Both the position numbers and the translations under genes were made by a program. Under the pieces are notes generated by a model that saw only the letters and a program-made list of their open reading frames with translations, was not told the DNA's origin and did no database searches. Of a stretch of DNA of 63,882 nt, positions 11,753-22,781 are shown one piece after another. Location: the NCBI GenBank assembly GCA_964252035.1, contig OZ176200.1. One strand, 5' to 3'. Each line of letters opens with the position of its first letter. Position 1 is the stretch's first letter. The DNA is from Podarcis erhardii. Taxonomy: Eukaryota.

Positions 11753-11971
11753 CTGTTCGTGTTAAATTGAGAAGGATAAAAGAAGTGCTATCAGTGGGTT
11801 GGAGGTCTTGCAATAAGCTGGAAGTATCAGGGCTTGGCAGAAGCTCAGGTGGTTTCTGTACTGTTTGTGCCCTTGTCTCCTCACCATCAGGGCCAACATT
11901 CACCTGGAGGCTTCGCAAAACAGCGGAAGAGGAGACATCCTTTGAGGAGCTAGTATGACCTGGAGAGTCAT
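11753..11971 (-). CDS. ZNF410: ZNF410 coding exon 3
   Basis: ..LRSLQVNVGPDGEETRAQTVQK..LLQDLQPTDSTSFILLNLTRT; 219 nt; GT-AG. Confidence 0.95.
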
Positions 11972-12095
11972 CTAATGAAGAAATTTTAGAAAAAAATTGT
12001 GAGATTATGCATTTTATTCAAGACAATCATGCTTTCAGCACAAACGTGATAGAAAACCATTATAAAACCAGTAACCTTAGCAGTACATTTAATGT

Positions 12096-12452
12096 TATTT
12101 TTTAAAAAGTTTTTATTTATACTTTTCAAGTTTATACATTTCATTAGTTGTACAATCAATTTAACATTTCAAAGTTTGACTTCCTTCCCCCTCTTTCTGC
12201 AGTTCCTTAAATGTATTTTCTAATATCTTCTGCATATCCAAATTCATTTAATTTGCTCATTTAATTACCTACTTTAAATATATACTCTTATGAAACTGCA
12301 GGTTATTACAATAACCCTATCATGTTTTTTTTGTTTTGTTTGCAATTTATCTGTAAATATTCAATAAACCATTTCCATTCTTTTATAAAAAGTTTGTTAT
12401 CTTGATTTCTTATTCTTCCGGTAAATTTCACCATTTCTGCATATTCCATAAG
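12096..12452 (-). mobile_element. 5'-truncated L1-clade LINE 3' end
   Basis: Minus frame LMEYAEMVKFTGRIRNQDNKLFIKEWKWFIEYLQINCKQ resembles a squamate L1 ORF2 C-terminus; followed by AT-rich UTR and AATAAAAA/A-rich tail. Confidence 0.65.
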
Positions 12453-12459
12453 TAAGAGC

Positions 12460-12563
12460 GTGGATTCTGGCAAAGCTGCTAGCAATGCTCTAATTAACAT
12501 TAAATGACTTATTGAGCATTTAATATTAATTAGAGCATTGCTAGCAGCTTTGCCAGAATCCAC
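12460..12563. repeat. Inverted repeat: 47-bp arms, 1 mismatch, 10-nt loop
   Basis: 12460-12506 is the reverse complement of 12517-12563 except at 12498/12525. Confidence 0.95.
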
Positions 12564-12796
12564 TCTATTACAATTTTATCTCACCATTCCTTGCAAAAGA
12601 ACTGAACTTTAATAACTGTGCATTACAGGAGTATCCCACATCTAAACACAGCATGCACTCCTATGCACACTTATCTGGAAGCAAGCCAAACTGAACTCAG
12701 TGGTACTGACTTCCAGGTAGACATGCAGAGAACTGTGTTGTTAATATCTCAAAAATGCAAACAGCATTTTTAGCATAATCAGGCTTCAGGTTTTAC

Positions 12797-12932
12797 CTGG
12801 CAACATCAGTCTGTTGCATTCTTGGGGTTCAGTAACAGGAAGGAGAGACAAACAGGTTATATCTTTAGGTTCTGATTCCACAAGCTCCTGTCCTAGTGGA
12901 ATAGATGTGTTCTGAACAAATTGAACCAGCAG
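12797..12932 (-). CDS. ZNF410: ZNF410 coding exon 2
   Basis: LLVQFVQNTSIPLGQELVESEPKDITCLSLLPVTEPQECNRLMLP; 136 nt; ccccag| and |gtaaaa. Confidence 0.96.
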
Positions 12933-13344
12933 CTGGGGGGAAAGCAAAGATATTAAAACAGCAGCAAATGCTTAGATCTGAAGCTGAATGCTTTCTGTCA
13001 ATTCCCCCCCGGTTCCCATTCTACAACTTCAGCTGCAAAAGGCAGTAACACAGAGAAATAGTTCATAAACTACACTGTAGCGAATATACTAAAAGTAAAT
13101 ATTCTGTCATTCTGAGCTCAACCAAAAAACAATAGGAAATCACCAGTGTGAAATAATTACTCACTACTTACTCTGAACTCTTATTTCCCTGTGCAAATGT
13201 TAATTCTTATGGTAACAAGCATAAATGTTACATGCCCTGTTCTTTGACTAAATTCACAACTACTGTTGCCTTTGCATAGTAGTTAGTTCATTGGTCTGTA
13301 TTTTCCACAATAATGGCAGCACAACTCTTCAGAGTTTTAGATTG

Positions 13345-13437
13345 GGGCCTCTCCCAGCCCTACCTGGACATGCTGGGGCTAAGCCTGGCACTTTCTGCAT
13401 GCAAAGCAGAAAATCTACCTCTGAGCTATGGCCCTTC
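13345..13437 (-). mobile_element. Head fragment of tRNA-derived SINE
   Basis: Minus CATAGCTCAGAGGTAGA..CTGCTTTGCATGCAGAAAG..CCAGGTAGGGCTGGGAGAGGCCCC; same family as 10122-10288. Confidence 0.5.
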
Positions 13438-14285
13438 CCCAGCTTGATTTTGAGCTGAAAAGAAGCAACGGGCAACATACCGGTAATCTACATGAACCAC
13501 CCCAAAACACTTTTGCACTGGTCACAGAGTGCAGGCTATATTACACGTGCTGTTAAATATATAACTTAACGTCACATGTATTTTTTATACACATTATGTA
13601 GTATATTTTGTGGAGAATCAAAATCGTAATAAGCAGCCTTATTTTCTCTTGCACATCTGATTCCAATGGAAACAACTCTCCGAAGCTGATAATGGCAGCT
13701 TTCTTCTATACTAAATTACATCAATGGCAGCTTCTTTCCCATGCCAAATAGCAGTTGGGGAAGGGGGGTCAGGACAGTGGAGAAGCAGTAAAGGATTAGT
13801 ACACCGCTTGCTTTCATTCTGACTAGCCCCCCTGGCAGCTTTTTACCATGAAGGAAGGCCATAAGCATAACTGCTCTGAGCTGGAAGCCTTTATGTCAAG
13901 CAACTGGGTGTTATTGGTACCTCAGCATTTTTGCATTAAGAGCCATGTAGACTGTGAAACATTTTTAAATTATGACATCTGTGCATTGCAATGCTACATG
14001 GGCTTACTCAGAAGTAAGTCACATTGTGAGGCTCACTCCCATGTAAGTTTGCACAGAATTTCTGCTTAAGTGTCACTTGTGATTATAGGTTTTCAAGTGA
14101 GACATTGTGGGTGAAAATCTGATGAGCAATTTTGGAGCAATTAATGAAGCAAAAAAGATTGCATTGCTTCTATGCATGATAACCATATGCCAACTACACA
14201 AATCTCTAGGAAAATTATCATTTGTCATAATAATAATTCCAGAATACAGCCATTGAGCCACAAAACAAATCTAGCGGTTGCTGAC

Positions 14286-14318
14286 CTCTGGTTTAGACTC
14301 TAACTCATCCGATAACAT
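14286..14318 (-). CDS. ZNF410: ZNF410 first coding segment (MLSDELESKPE), in exon 14286-14475
   Basis: ATG at 14318; donor GAG|gtcagc; acceptor tttcag|G at 14475; identical to the recalled ZNF410 N-terminus. Confidence 0.95.
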
Positions 14319-15529
14319 TGATTCAAGTTTCCGATTCCCAAAGTCGATCTGGATAAGGCACAAAGCTTAAGAGTTCAAAGTGAACAACGTTCTGTGTTTA
14401 TAAATATATTCCAGCCTCACAGCTTTGTGAGGATCTTCTTAGGAGAAGCCGTAGTAGAGAGCTATTCAGTTTAACCTGAAAAAGAACCAAATATTAAAAA
14501 TATGACCAACATATTGCCAGTCATGCTGCCATATTTTAAAACATAATTCTTTCTCTCACACAAAACAGCAGTAACATAGCGTTGATTCTCTTTGCTTTCT
14601 ACCTCCACTCCATGCCTATTAAACTGCAGCTGCTAAATTCCACTGCCAGGGCCCAGACTTTGCCAGAGATCAGCCTCAAGAAACATTTACAGTTCTATGG
14701 TTCATTACAGGGATATAGTAAAAACAATGATAAGCTTTTATTTGACCATTACAGAATATCATTAATTCCCTCCTACATAACTGCAACAAGCTTATTTGGA
14801 GGTCAGGACCAAAATTTGGGTGCAAAAATAAACATTTTAATACATAAATACCAGCTCTTAAGCAGCTGTCCATTCTCTCCTGCTTTCAAATATGCCCAGA
14901 ATTCACTTATTTCTCTCTTCCTTCAAACCCATTCCAGATACTTTCAAGGCCAGCTCCAAGCTTCAGCAAGTCCTCACCACAGCAGCATAGTGAAACCAAA
15001 AGGCTCCCCTGCCCTTCATGACAGTGCGATACAACCACCATATACTGGTACCTCCCATTTTACCAGGCTGTACTACAATGATTATAACCCCCCATGAGCT
15101 TACTCAGAGGAACTGGAGGAACTGCAATTCCTATAGGAAGTGAGTGGTCATAATCCTTCATGCTACAGAGCACCCAACGGGATATCACTACATTATACGC
15201 TGCACAGCATTTGCACACACAGCAGTATGTTAAAAAATGGGAGCTACTACATCCATTAGAAAGCGCAACAGGGATGCCTGGGTAAGGCCACAAGTCAGAA
15301 GCTGAATAGCAACACAGGGGTGGGAATCCAACTAGTGGTAACACTACTAGAGAAGGGCTACTGAACAATGTCCAGTGTGGGAGGGAAAACACACTCAAAG
15401 ACAGTAGTTGTTGCCAGGCCACCCCATTGACTGCATGGGTCCTGGCAGCCGCCTGTGTGTGCCAGGTGCTGATGTCAGGGCTGGATGTGTTCAAGACCTC
15501 TTAATCCTCACTCCCAAGCAGTATGTCTT

Positions 15530-15849
15530 TAAAGGTAAAGGGACCCCTGACCATTAGGTCCAATCGTGGCCGACTCTGGGGTTGCGGCGCTTATCTCGCT
15601 TTATTGGCCAAGGGAGCCGGCGTACAGCTTCCGTGTCACATGGCCAGCATGACTAAGCCGCTTCTGGCGAACCAGAGCAGCACATGGAAACGCCGTTTAC
15701 CTTCCCACCGGAGCAGTACCTATTTATCTACTTGCACTTTGACATGCTTTTGAGATGCTAGGTTGGCAGGAGCAGGGACCGAGCAATGGGAGCTCACCCC
15801 GTTGCGGGGATTCGAACCGCCTTCTGATCAGCAAGTCCTAGGCTCTGTG
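15530..15849 (-). mobile_element. Sauria SINE, head slightly truncated
   Basis: Plus strand starts TAAAGGTAAAGGGACCCCTGACCATTAGG (ACCTTT tail on minus); B-box GGTTCGAATCC on minus; body typical of lacertid Sauria SINEs. Confidence 0.85.
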
Positions 15850-16142
15850 TCTGTCTTAAAACCAATTTGCTCACACGTGTCCTCGGTTTTCACTGCCTCT
15901 TCCATCTCTCCCTCGTCATCTTCCTTGGCTGCCTATCCTCGATTGCCGCCCAGGGCTGCTTATTGGAGGGGCATAAATTCGACAAACAACAAAAATAACA
16001 AATATCCCGGCTATTATCACGCTAAGCTCTTCAGGGCAGGAGCCTGACTTTTTGTTGTTGACATAACCCTATGAAACCCCACGTGCGCTGATGAAAAGCG
16101 GGGAGTGGGAACCATCGCTATACCAATAATCCTAAACTTTTC

Positions 16143-16228
16143 AGTTACAGATAGGTAGCCGTGTTGGTCTGCCATAGTCAAAACAAGAAGAAGTGTGCAT
16201 GCACACGAAAGCTCATACCAAGAACTGA
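16143..16228 (-). mobile_element. Minimal Penelope-like insertion with inverted hammerhead half
   Basis: 12-bp TSD CCTAAACTTTTC at 16131-16142 and 16229-16240; both segments homologous to 51036-51259. Confidence 0.75.
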
Positions 16229-16249
16229 CCTAAACTTTTCCTTACTTTG

Positions 16250-17350
16250 AACATTAAGGACCGCGGAGCCTTCCAACCACCCAAGGAGGCGGCGGTTCGT
16301 GAAGACCCGGGAAGGTCGGGGGACGGTAAGGAGGTTCATCCAACAACACGACCCCTCGTGAAACGCCCAAGAACTTTCCGGGGCCTAAGCAACAAGCAGG
16401 TCACCTTCTGGACGGAGTCACCCGGAGTCTCCCGCCAGCCCCTGGCTCCGGGCGGGCGCTGAGAGGGGAAGAAGCAAAGACCCGTCCCATATCGGCGACA
16501 AGGCCGAGGCGGACCCAGGGCGGAGAGGGAAGGGCTTCTCTCACGGACCGGGCTGGACCCAAGAACTGAGGGAAAGGGGAGCAGGGAGGCGGCGGCGGGG
16601 GCCACACAGTGGCGAGACCACCCCGAGTGAGGGAAGGGAGCGCGCGGGCCGAGGGCGCGTCAACGACGTATTCTCGCGCCCCCTCCTCTCCCCCCCCCAG
16701 CTCCTTCCTTCCCCGAGACGAGCGTTTCTTACCGGCATCTCAGAATCGTCCGGATATGACGCGCACAGCCATCGAAAATGCCTCGCTCCCATCTAGAACA
16801 GACCATAGAGAGAGGGAGAGAGAGACGAGCGCGTCGCATCTTTGCTGCTCGGCCGGCCCTTAACAAAAAAAAAACCCACAACAACCCACGACTGCGTAGA
16901 GGTAGAAGATTCGCCTCTGAATGCGTTCCCCACTTCCGGTTTCCGTTGGAATACCGCCATATACGCAGCTGGTGCAGAATAGAGAACTAGAGACCGTCCG
17001 TTGCACCTTAAAAAGCAAGGCGGGGTTTTTTTGTGTGTGTGGCATGTGTGGGTTTTTGTTGTTTTTGTCGCAGCGGACTAACGCAGCTCCCCGGCCCCCA
17101 TTTCACAGTGCAAAATGGGAGAGTGGGTTGTACAGTGCCCTATTCTATTTCGTTGCATCGGTTACCCCCCCCCATGCTCGATTTAGAACCGGAAGTGTAA
17201 AATCCCACTGAGCCTGTGACTCTATGCTGCACGAAGAAAGACGCCGGCCAGGACGCCCGTAGCTTCCGGCTCGCATAGCAAGCGCCGCCCCCTCTTCTGA
17301 CGTCATGTTCTAGTAGCGTGGGGTGCTTGCTGCGTGTTCTTACGGATGTT
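16250..17350 (-). promoter_or_regulatory. ZNF410: CpG island / ZNF410 promoter and noncoding exon 1
   Basis: CpG-dense; ETS/GABP CCGGAAGTG at 16931-16939 (-) and 17189-17197 (+); YY1-like CCGCCATAT 16954-16962; CRE TGACGTCA 17298-17305; candidate donor CCG|GTAAGA at 16733/16732. Confidence 0.8.
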
Positions 17351-18210
17351 CTCTGGAATCTATTTACTATGCAGCGGTTTGATCAAGTCCCAGTATATTT
17401 GACGGATATTTTTGGGTGCCTAGCCTGAAACCTCCTGCTCGTTCTCTAAACCAGACTGTCATTGATCCAGATAATTAATGGCCACAAATCTAATATTAAA
17501 AAATGGTAATGCTTGGTATCCGTGGGTTGAGTCCGGGTGTATTTCGGTCTCTCTGGATATTGAACATCCGACTTTGCCACACTTCAGCAAAAAAGGGACG
17601 TTGTTAAGCTGGGATTGATATGCAAGTTTCACACTTAACAAGACATGAGCTAAATGCAAAATGGGAATTTATTTAAAGTAGAAAAGAATTTCACCTCCTT
17701 ATGTGCTTATGCGTGGCATTTAGCTTGCTTTGCAGATCTGTTATCGGTTGGGAGTCTGATCTTTTACCCTTTGCTTGTTTGCATTTGTGTTCCACTTACT
17801 AATGGAACACACACATCTGTTTGTTTTTGGGCTTTCTGACCTCGCATTCCTCACCCACCCTTATTTTGTCACCACTACACATGTGTATGCCATGTACATA
17901 TCTGCAAGCTGAAGATACCATTTTATGCATCTAGTGATACATCTGGCTGAGCCTACTTTATGCTAAAGTGTGTTGTTTTTTGCTGCAGAAAAGTAATATG
18001 ACTGCCTTTCTAGAACACGGCAGTAGCCAGCAAAATGATGAGAAAGCGAATGATGTCACTTGAAACTAGTGAGACCTAGCTATATTGGATATGGCTCTTA
18101 CAGAGCGGAGCTGCAAAGGAGCCAGACATACAAACTGAATCAATGAGAGACTAGACATTCTGTTAGATTTACAATTCATGCAGTCATCCTTTACTCTTAA
18201 CCCCCTAATA

Positions 18211-18908
18211 CAGTGGTTTTCAACCAGTGTGCCGTGGCACCCTGGAGTGCCTTGAATGGTGGTCAGGGGTGCTGCTGGCAACACTGGCCTCTGCCATTCC
18301 TTCCTTCCCCCCCTCTTCTGGTGCCCTCTCACGTTTCTGCCTCCCAAAGGATTGCATAGCTGTTTGTTGCAGCAGCCCTGACTACAAGCTCCCTGGGTGA
18401 ATGGTGCCTCTAGGACTGGCCAGAGGGTGCTTCCCAGGCCCCTTTAGGGCAGTGGGAGGAGGCACCTGTCTTTGGGGTGGTGGGGGCAGGCAGCTCAGAG
18501 ACCAGGGGCGGCAACTGTGGCTGCCCAGAGGACTCCCAATGAAAGGGGAGAGGAGAAGAGACTGAGGGAACACTCCACAAGGGAGGGTGTTTGAAAAAAG
18601 GGTGATAGGCTGCCAGCTCTACAGGCAAGGAGGGACAGAACTGGGTTCCTGAGCCCCACAGGAGTGCCACAGAAAGAATGTAGTTGGTCAAGGGACCCAA
18701 AACCCAGAAATGCATTTTAAAGAAAAGCACACATTATACTCATGTAAAAACACCAGGTAGGCTCCACAAATAACCCAGAGATGCATTTTAAATAAAAGGA
18801 CACATTCTACTCATGTAAAAACACGCTGATTCCCAGACCATCCGTGGGCCAGATTTAGAAGGCGATTGGGCCAGATCCGGCCCCCGGGCCTTAGTTTGCC
18901 TACCCATG
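18211..18908. mobile_element. Composite of hAT-like non-autonomous elements
   Basis: Left end CAGTGGTTTTCAACC; right end (revcomp) CATGGGTAGGCAAACTAAGGCCCGGGGGCCGG; internal duplication of about 70 bp at 18705-18835; ends do not match each other. Confidence 0.5.
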
Positions 18909-19485
18909 CTGTAGACCCTGGCATGAATAAAAAGGTGGGTATATGGTAATATGACAGGAGACCCTCCATTATGAACTCTCTTGACTCTGATACCAGTCTG
19001 ATCTCAAAACATGTCCTGGAAGCATTCAGGAGACATCCTGATTTCCTCACACCTTGTATAAAGATTAGCATATGTAAATCTAACTACCATTAAAATTAAC
19101 TTAACACATGAATGGATGCCATAAAGGTAATAGTGGGATGAACTTTGAGACAGGAGGCAGACATGGATGGCTGGTTCAGTCATCAGTTCACTAGGATCAT
19201 GTTTTTTCAACTATTACGGTAATTAAGCAAGATGGGAGAAGTGGGAAATAGGCAGGAAACTAGGATAAATTCAATAGCACAATATTGGAATTATGGTTAG
19301 TTTGTTAGAGCTTGGAAAAAGCTAACTCAATGTAATCAATGAACCAATACACACTCTACCTTAGAGATAGGTATGCCTATCCTTTTCTTGACTTGCTGTT
19401 GATGTGGGCTCTGGGGCACAATTGTCACACTCACTTTCTGTAGAATTTTGAGAATAGTAAGGGATTATTTAACTCTTTAGATCAA

Positions 19486-19631
19486 GGTGCTTTTTTTCTG
19501 GGGGGACGCAGAGGTACGCATACCCCTAAACATTTTGTGAATCTAAGTTTGGCCTCATTGATGGGCAGTATTACAATATGAGTAGGAAAATGAGAGTACC
19601 CCTGAACATTTTTTTTAGGAAAAAAGCACTG
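19486..19631 (+). mobile_element. hAT MITE (CAGTGCTTTTTTTCT..AAAAAAGCACTG family), variant middle
   Basis: Shares first about 60 nt and last about 40 nt with copies at 52042 and 54423; TSD not recognisable. Confidence 0.7.
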
Positions 19632-21104
19632 TGCTGCTTGCATAAATTTTGCTTTCTTAATTGGCATTAATATATTCTCCCACTTTCATTTCATATAATA
19701 CATCAAGCTTTATTCCATTTGTGTAAGAACTTATTGTGGGCATAAGGTTAAGAGTAAACACATATTCTTGACAGACGCATGTCGTAACTCTAGCAAAAGA
19801 TCCTAAACCTCTTGGTAGTGTATGAATACACAAGTGCTGGGCACACGTGTGGTTTCAGACACATACTTTGTAACAGCACAAAAGCCTGTATTAAAGCATT
19901 GTATCTATAAGCTGTGTTGCCAGAGACCTTAGAAAAGTGCCTGTGCTCTTGCATATGGTGGAGACATTGCATCATGACATCAACTCAGCATATTTTGACT
20001 GTGTGTACTTGTGAATTATGAACTCACAGTTCAGTTGTGCCTGAGCAGTGACATCAGCACTGAGCAAATAACACCCTATATTTGGAAACAATGCTATATC
20101 TAAAGTGGCCATGCATAAGCCTGATCTTGTACATGCTAGCTTAGAAGTAGGTCCTTATTAGTGAAATGGGGTTTACTCCTAAGCAGGTACATTTAGGACT
20201 GCAGCCATTAAAGGTATATGGATGTTATGTGAACGCTTGTTTATGAAAGTGTGTTTAGGTAGTATGCCTTCATAATTGCAAGAGGAAATAAAAAAGCACC
20301 ACCATCATCGATACTGTAATCATTACTACCATCACAAAATTGCCTATCATTGTGGCAAGTGCTGCAAAGGGTAGGCTTCCATATCCAAGAAACATATACT
20401 ATAAACTCCTGCCAAACCCATGTCACTAAAAGCCATTCACCACATGTCACTTGTGGATGGCTGGCTTTACCTTCAGTGCAGCAGTATTCCTAAATTCAAG
20501 AGTTCCTTTTTCTACACAGGGAATGAATGGCAACTATTCATTTATATGGGAGAAAGTTAAGGAGTTACTTGGGAATACCACTGAGCTGAAATCCCTTCCT
20601 CTCTTCCATGCTCCTGGTGACCGACCCCCTGCATCGCCGTGTTCTTTCAATTCCACGTTGGCAGCCTGGTTTATTTATTGGTCAAAAAAGAAAGTGACAG
20701 GATTTTGGGAACTGGCAGCTGACAAATGATACTGCTAGTGGTGTGCTGGGGTTTTCTGCCCAAGATCATGGTGTCATGTAAGAGTAGGAGTGGAAGAACC
20801 CGAGACACACACGTTCCTGGGTTGCAACTCTCATCATGCCTGACCATTTGTCATGCTGACTGGAGATGATGGGAGTTGAAAGTCCAATAACATTGGAGAG
20901 TCACAGATTGTGTGAGAGGATGCGTGATTTATATTCCGAGGGAAGATGGCCAGGAAATGGTTCTGCTCTTCAGCTAAGGGCTGCCAAAGTGGCCTTTGGT
21001 TCCTTCCATCTCTAAGAGCACTCTGTTCACCTTTCAGGCCACAAAGCGGTAGAATTATATGCCGCCAATCTGACTGGGTTGCCCCAGCCACTGTGGGCAG
21101 ATCC

Positions 21105-21372
21105 AAAAACACAACAAAACATCAACATTAAAAACTTCCCTAAACACGGCTGCCTTCAGGTGTCTTCTAAAAGTCAAATAGTTCTTTATTTCCTTGACAA
21201 CTGATGGGAGGGCACCACTCCCGAAAATGCCCCCTGCCTGATTCCCTGTAACTTCTCACAGTGAGGGATCCATCAGGCAGCCCTGGGAGCTGGACCTCGG
21301 TGTCCAGATGGAGACACTACTTTGCGTATTCAAGGTGAGGCCATTTAGGGCTTTGAAGGTCAGCACCAGAAC
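21105..21372 (-). mobile_element. L2 LINE 3' fragment
   Basis: Reverse-complement similarity to 30970-31290 (AGAAGACACCTGAAGGCAGCC..AGGGAAGTTTTTAAT), with deletions. Confidence 0.7.
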
Positions 21373-21559
21373 TGTGAACAAAATTGTTATTTTGCACACT
21401 GGTCATGCTCATGCCTCTGATACAAATGAAAGAGGACAGGGAAAATATTTTCCCTCTGCTCTTATCTGCCAAGGAAAAAATAAAAAAATAAACTCCACTT
21501 AGGTGCTTGCCTATTCCAGCCCTTAAAATTATCCTGGAATAAACTGCTTCATTTTAACA

Positions 21560-22700
21560 GGAGGGCGATGTTCGAATTTTGGAAAGATGCAGAAACACCG
21601 GGCGTCTTCATCGCCGCGCGGGGGACTTTGTGCAGGCGCTCCTAGGCGGCAGCGCCTCCCGTGGTTCTTCAAAGCGTCCCCGCGGCCTTGCAAAGGAAAA
21701 AATCCAGGTCGGCTATCGCGCCGCGCTCCTCCTCCTCCGCGAAACTTTCGTTAGGTGGCATCCATCAGCCACGCCAGCCCTTCTCCGCGCGCTGAGTCAT
21801 GAGAGCAACAGTTCCCCGCCACCCCCGCCGGCTGAGCGCACTTTGGTACGCTCCGCCTCCGCCTCTCCCTCCCTCTCGGCGCGTTGGTGCGTTCCATCCC
21901 GCCCCGACAACCCAACCCGGGAGCCCAATGGTACATCTCGCCCTCCCCCTGCGGCTGCGAGCAGTGGTTGGCTCCGGCGGCGGCGGCGGCAGCAGGAGCA
22001 GCAGCAGCAGAGTCCCGTCCGGTCCCGCCCCGCCTCCCTCCGCCTTGTCATTGATGTTGTTGTTTCTGTCGCAGGAGCCGGAGGGGAGGCCGAGGCCGGG
22101 CTCGGGGCTGCGGCCGCCGGCGGCTGGGCCGGCCATGTCGTCGGTGTGTGGGGGGCCGGTGGGCGCCGGCTCCCTGCCCAGCGAGCTGGTGGTCCACATC
22201 TTCTCGTTCCTGGCCGCCCCGGACCGGCTCCGGGCCTCGGCCGCCTGCTCGCACTGGCGAGAGTGCCTCTTCTACCCGGCCCTGTGGCCCCGGCTGCGCC
22301 TCAGCCTGCGCGTCTGCCCGGCCGAGCGCCCGCGCCTCGACTTCCTCATGCGCAAGTGCGGCTGGTTCGTGCGCGAGCTCCGCGTCCAGTTCGCCGCCGA
22401 CAACTACCCCAGCGGAGGAGCCGGAGCCGGAGCCGGAGGAGGAGGAGGAGGCGCCAGCGGGGTGTGCGAGGAAGCGGCAGCCGCGGCGGCGGAGGGAGAA
22501 GCGCAGCTCTGCCCTCGCTGGCTGGAGCTGCTCAGGACCTACCTGGAGCTCGTACTCTGCGTGCTTAGCAGCGTCCGCAACAACAGGTAGGACGGCGTGG
22601 TGGGAGGCCAGCCAGCGTGAACTAACATTCACAAAGACACACACACACACACGTATTAACACCAGTGCAAACACACGCCGAGCGGGAGGGAGAGTTGCAA
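21560..22700 (+). promoter_or_regulatory. FBXO33: CpG island / FBXO33 promoter and exon 1
   Basis: Very high GC and CpG; GC-box CCCGCCCC at about 22024-22031; (GGC)n/(CAG)n runs at about 21975-22010. Confidence 0.85.
22054..22586 (+). CDS. FBXO33: FBXO33 exon 1 (F-box); second in-frame ATG at 22135
   Basis: MLLFLS...SLPSELVVHIFSFLAAPDRLRASAACSHWRECLFYPALW...VLSSVRNNR; donor AG|gtagga. Confidence 0.93.
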
Positions 22701-22730
22701 AGCCTCCTGCTTCCCAGCTAACCTGGGAAG

Positions 22731-22738
<8 letters not shown>

Positions 22739-22778
<40 letters not shown>
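22739..22778. repeat. (CT)n microsatellite
   Basis: About 20 CT units. Confidence 0.95.

Positions 22779-22781
<3 letters not shown>

Larger units (their letters stand above)
4625..14475 (-). other. ZNF410: ZNF410 gene body (exon 2 to putative last exon; noncoding exon 1 at about 16.73-16.96 kb)
   Basis: 10 coding exons totalling 1401 nt (466 aa) with five C2H2 fingers; all splice phases consistent. Confidence 0.95.
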
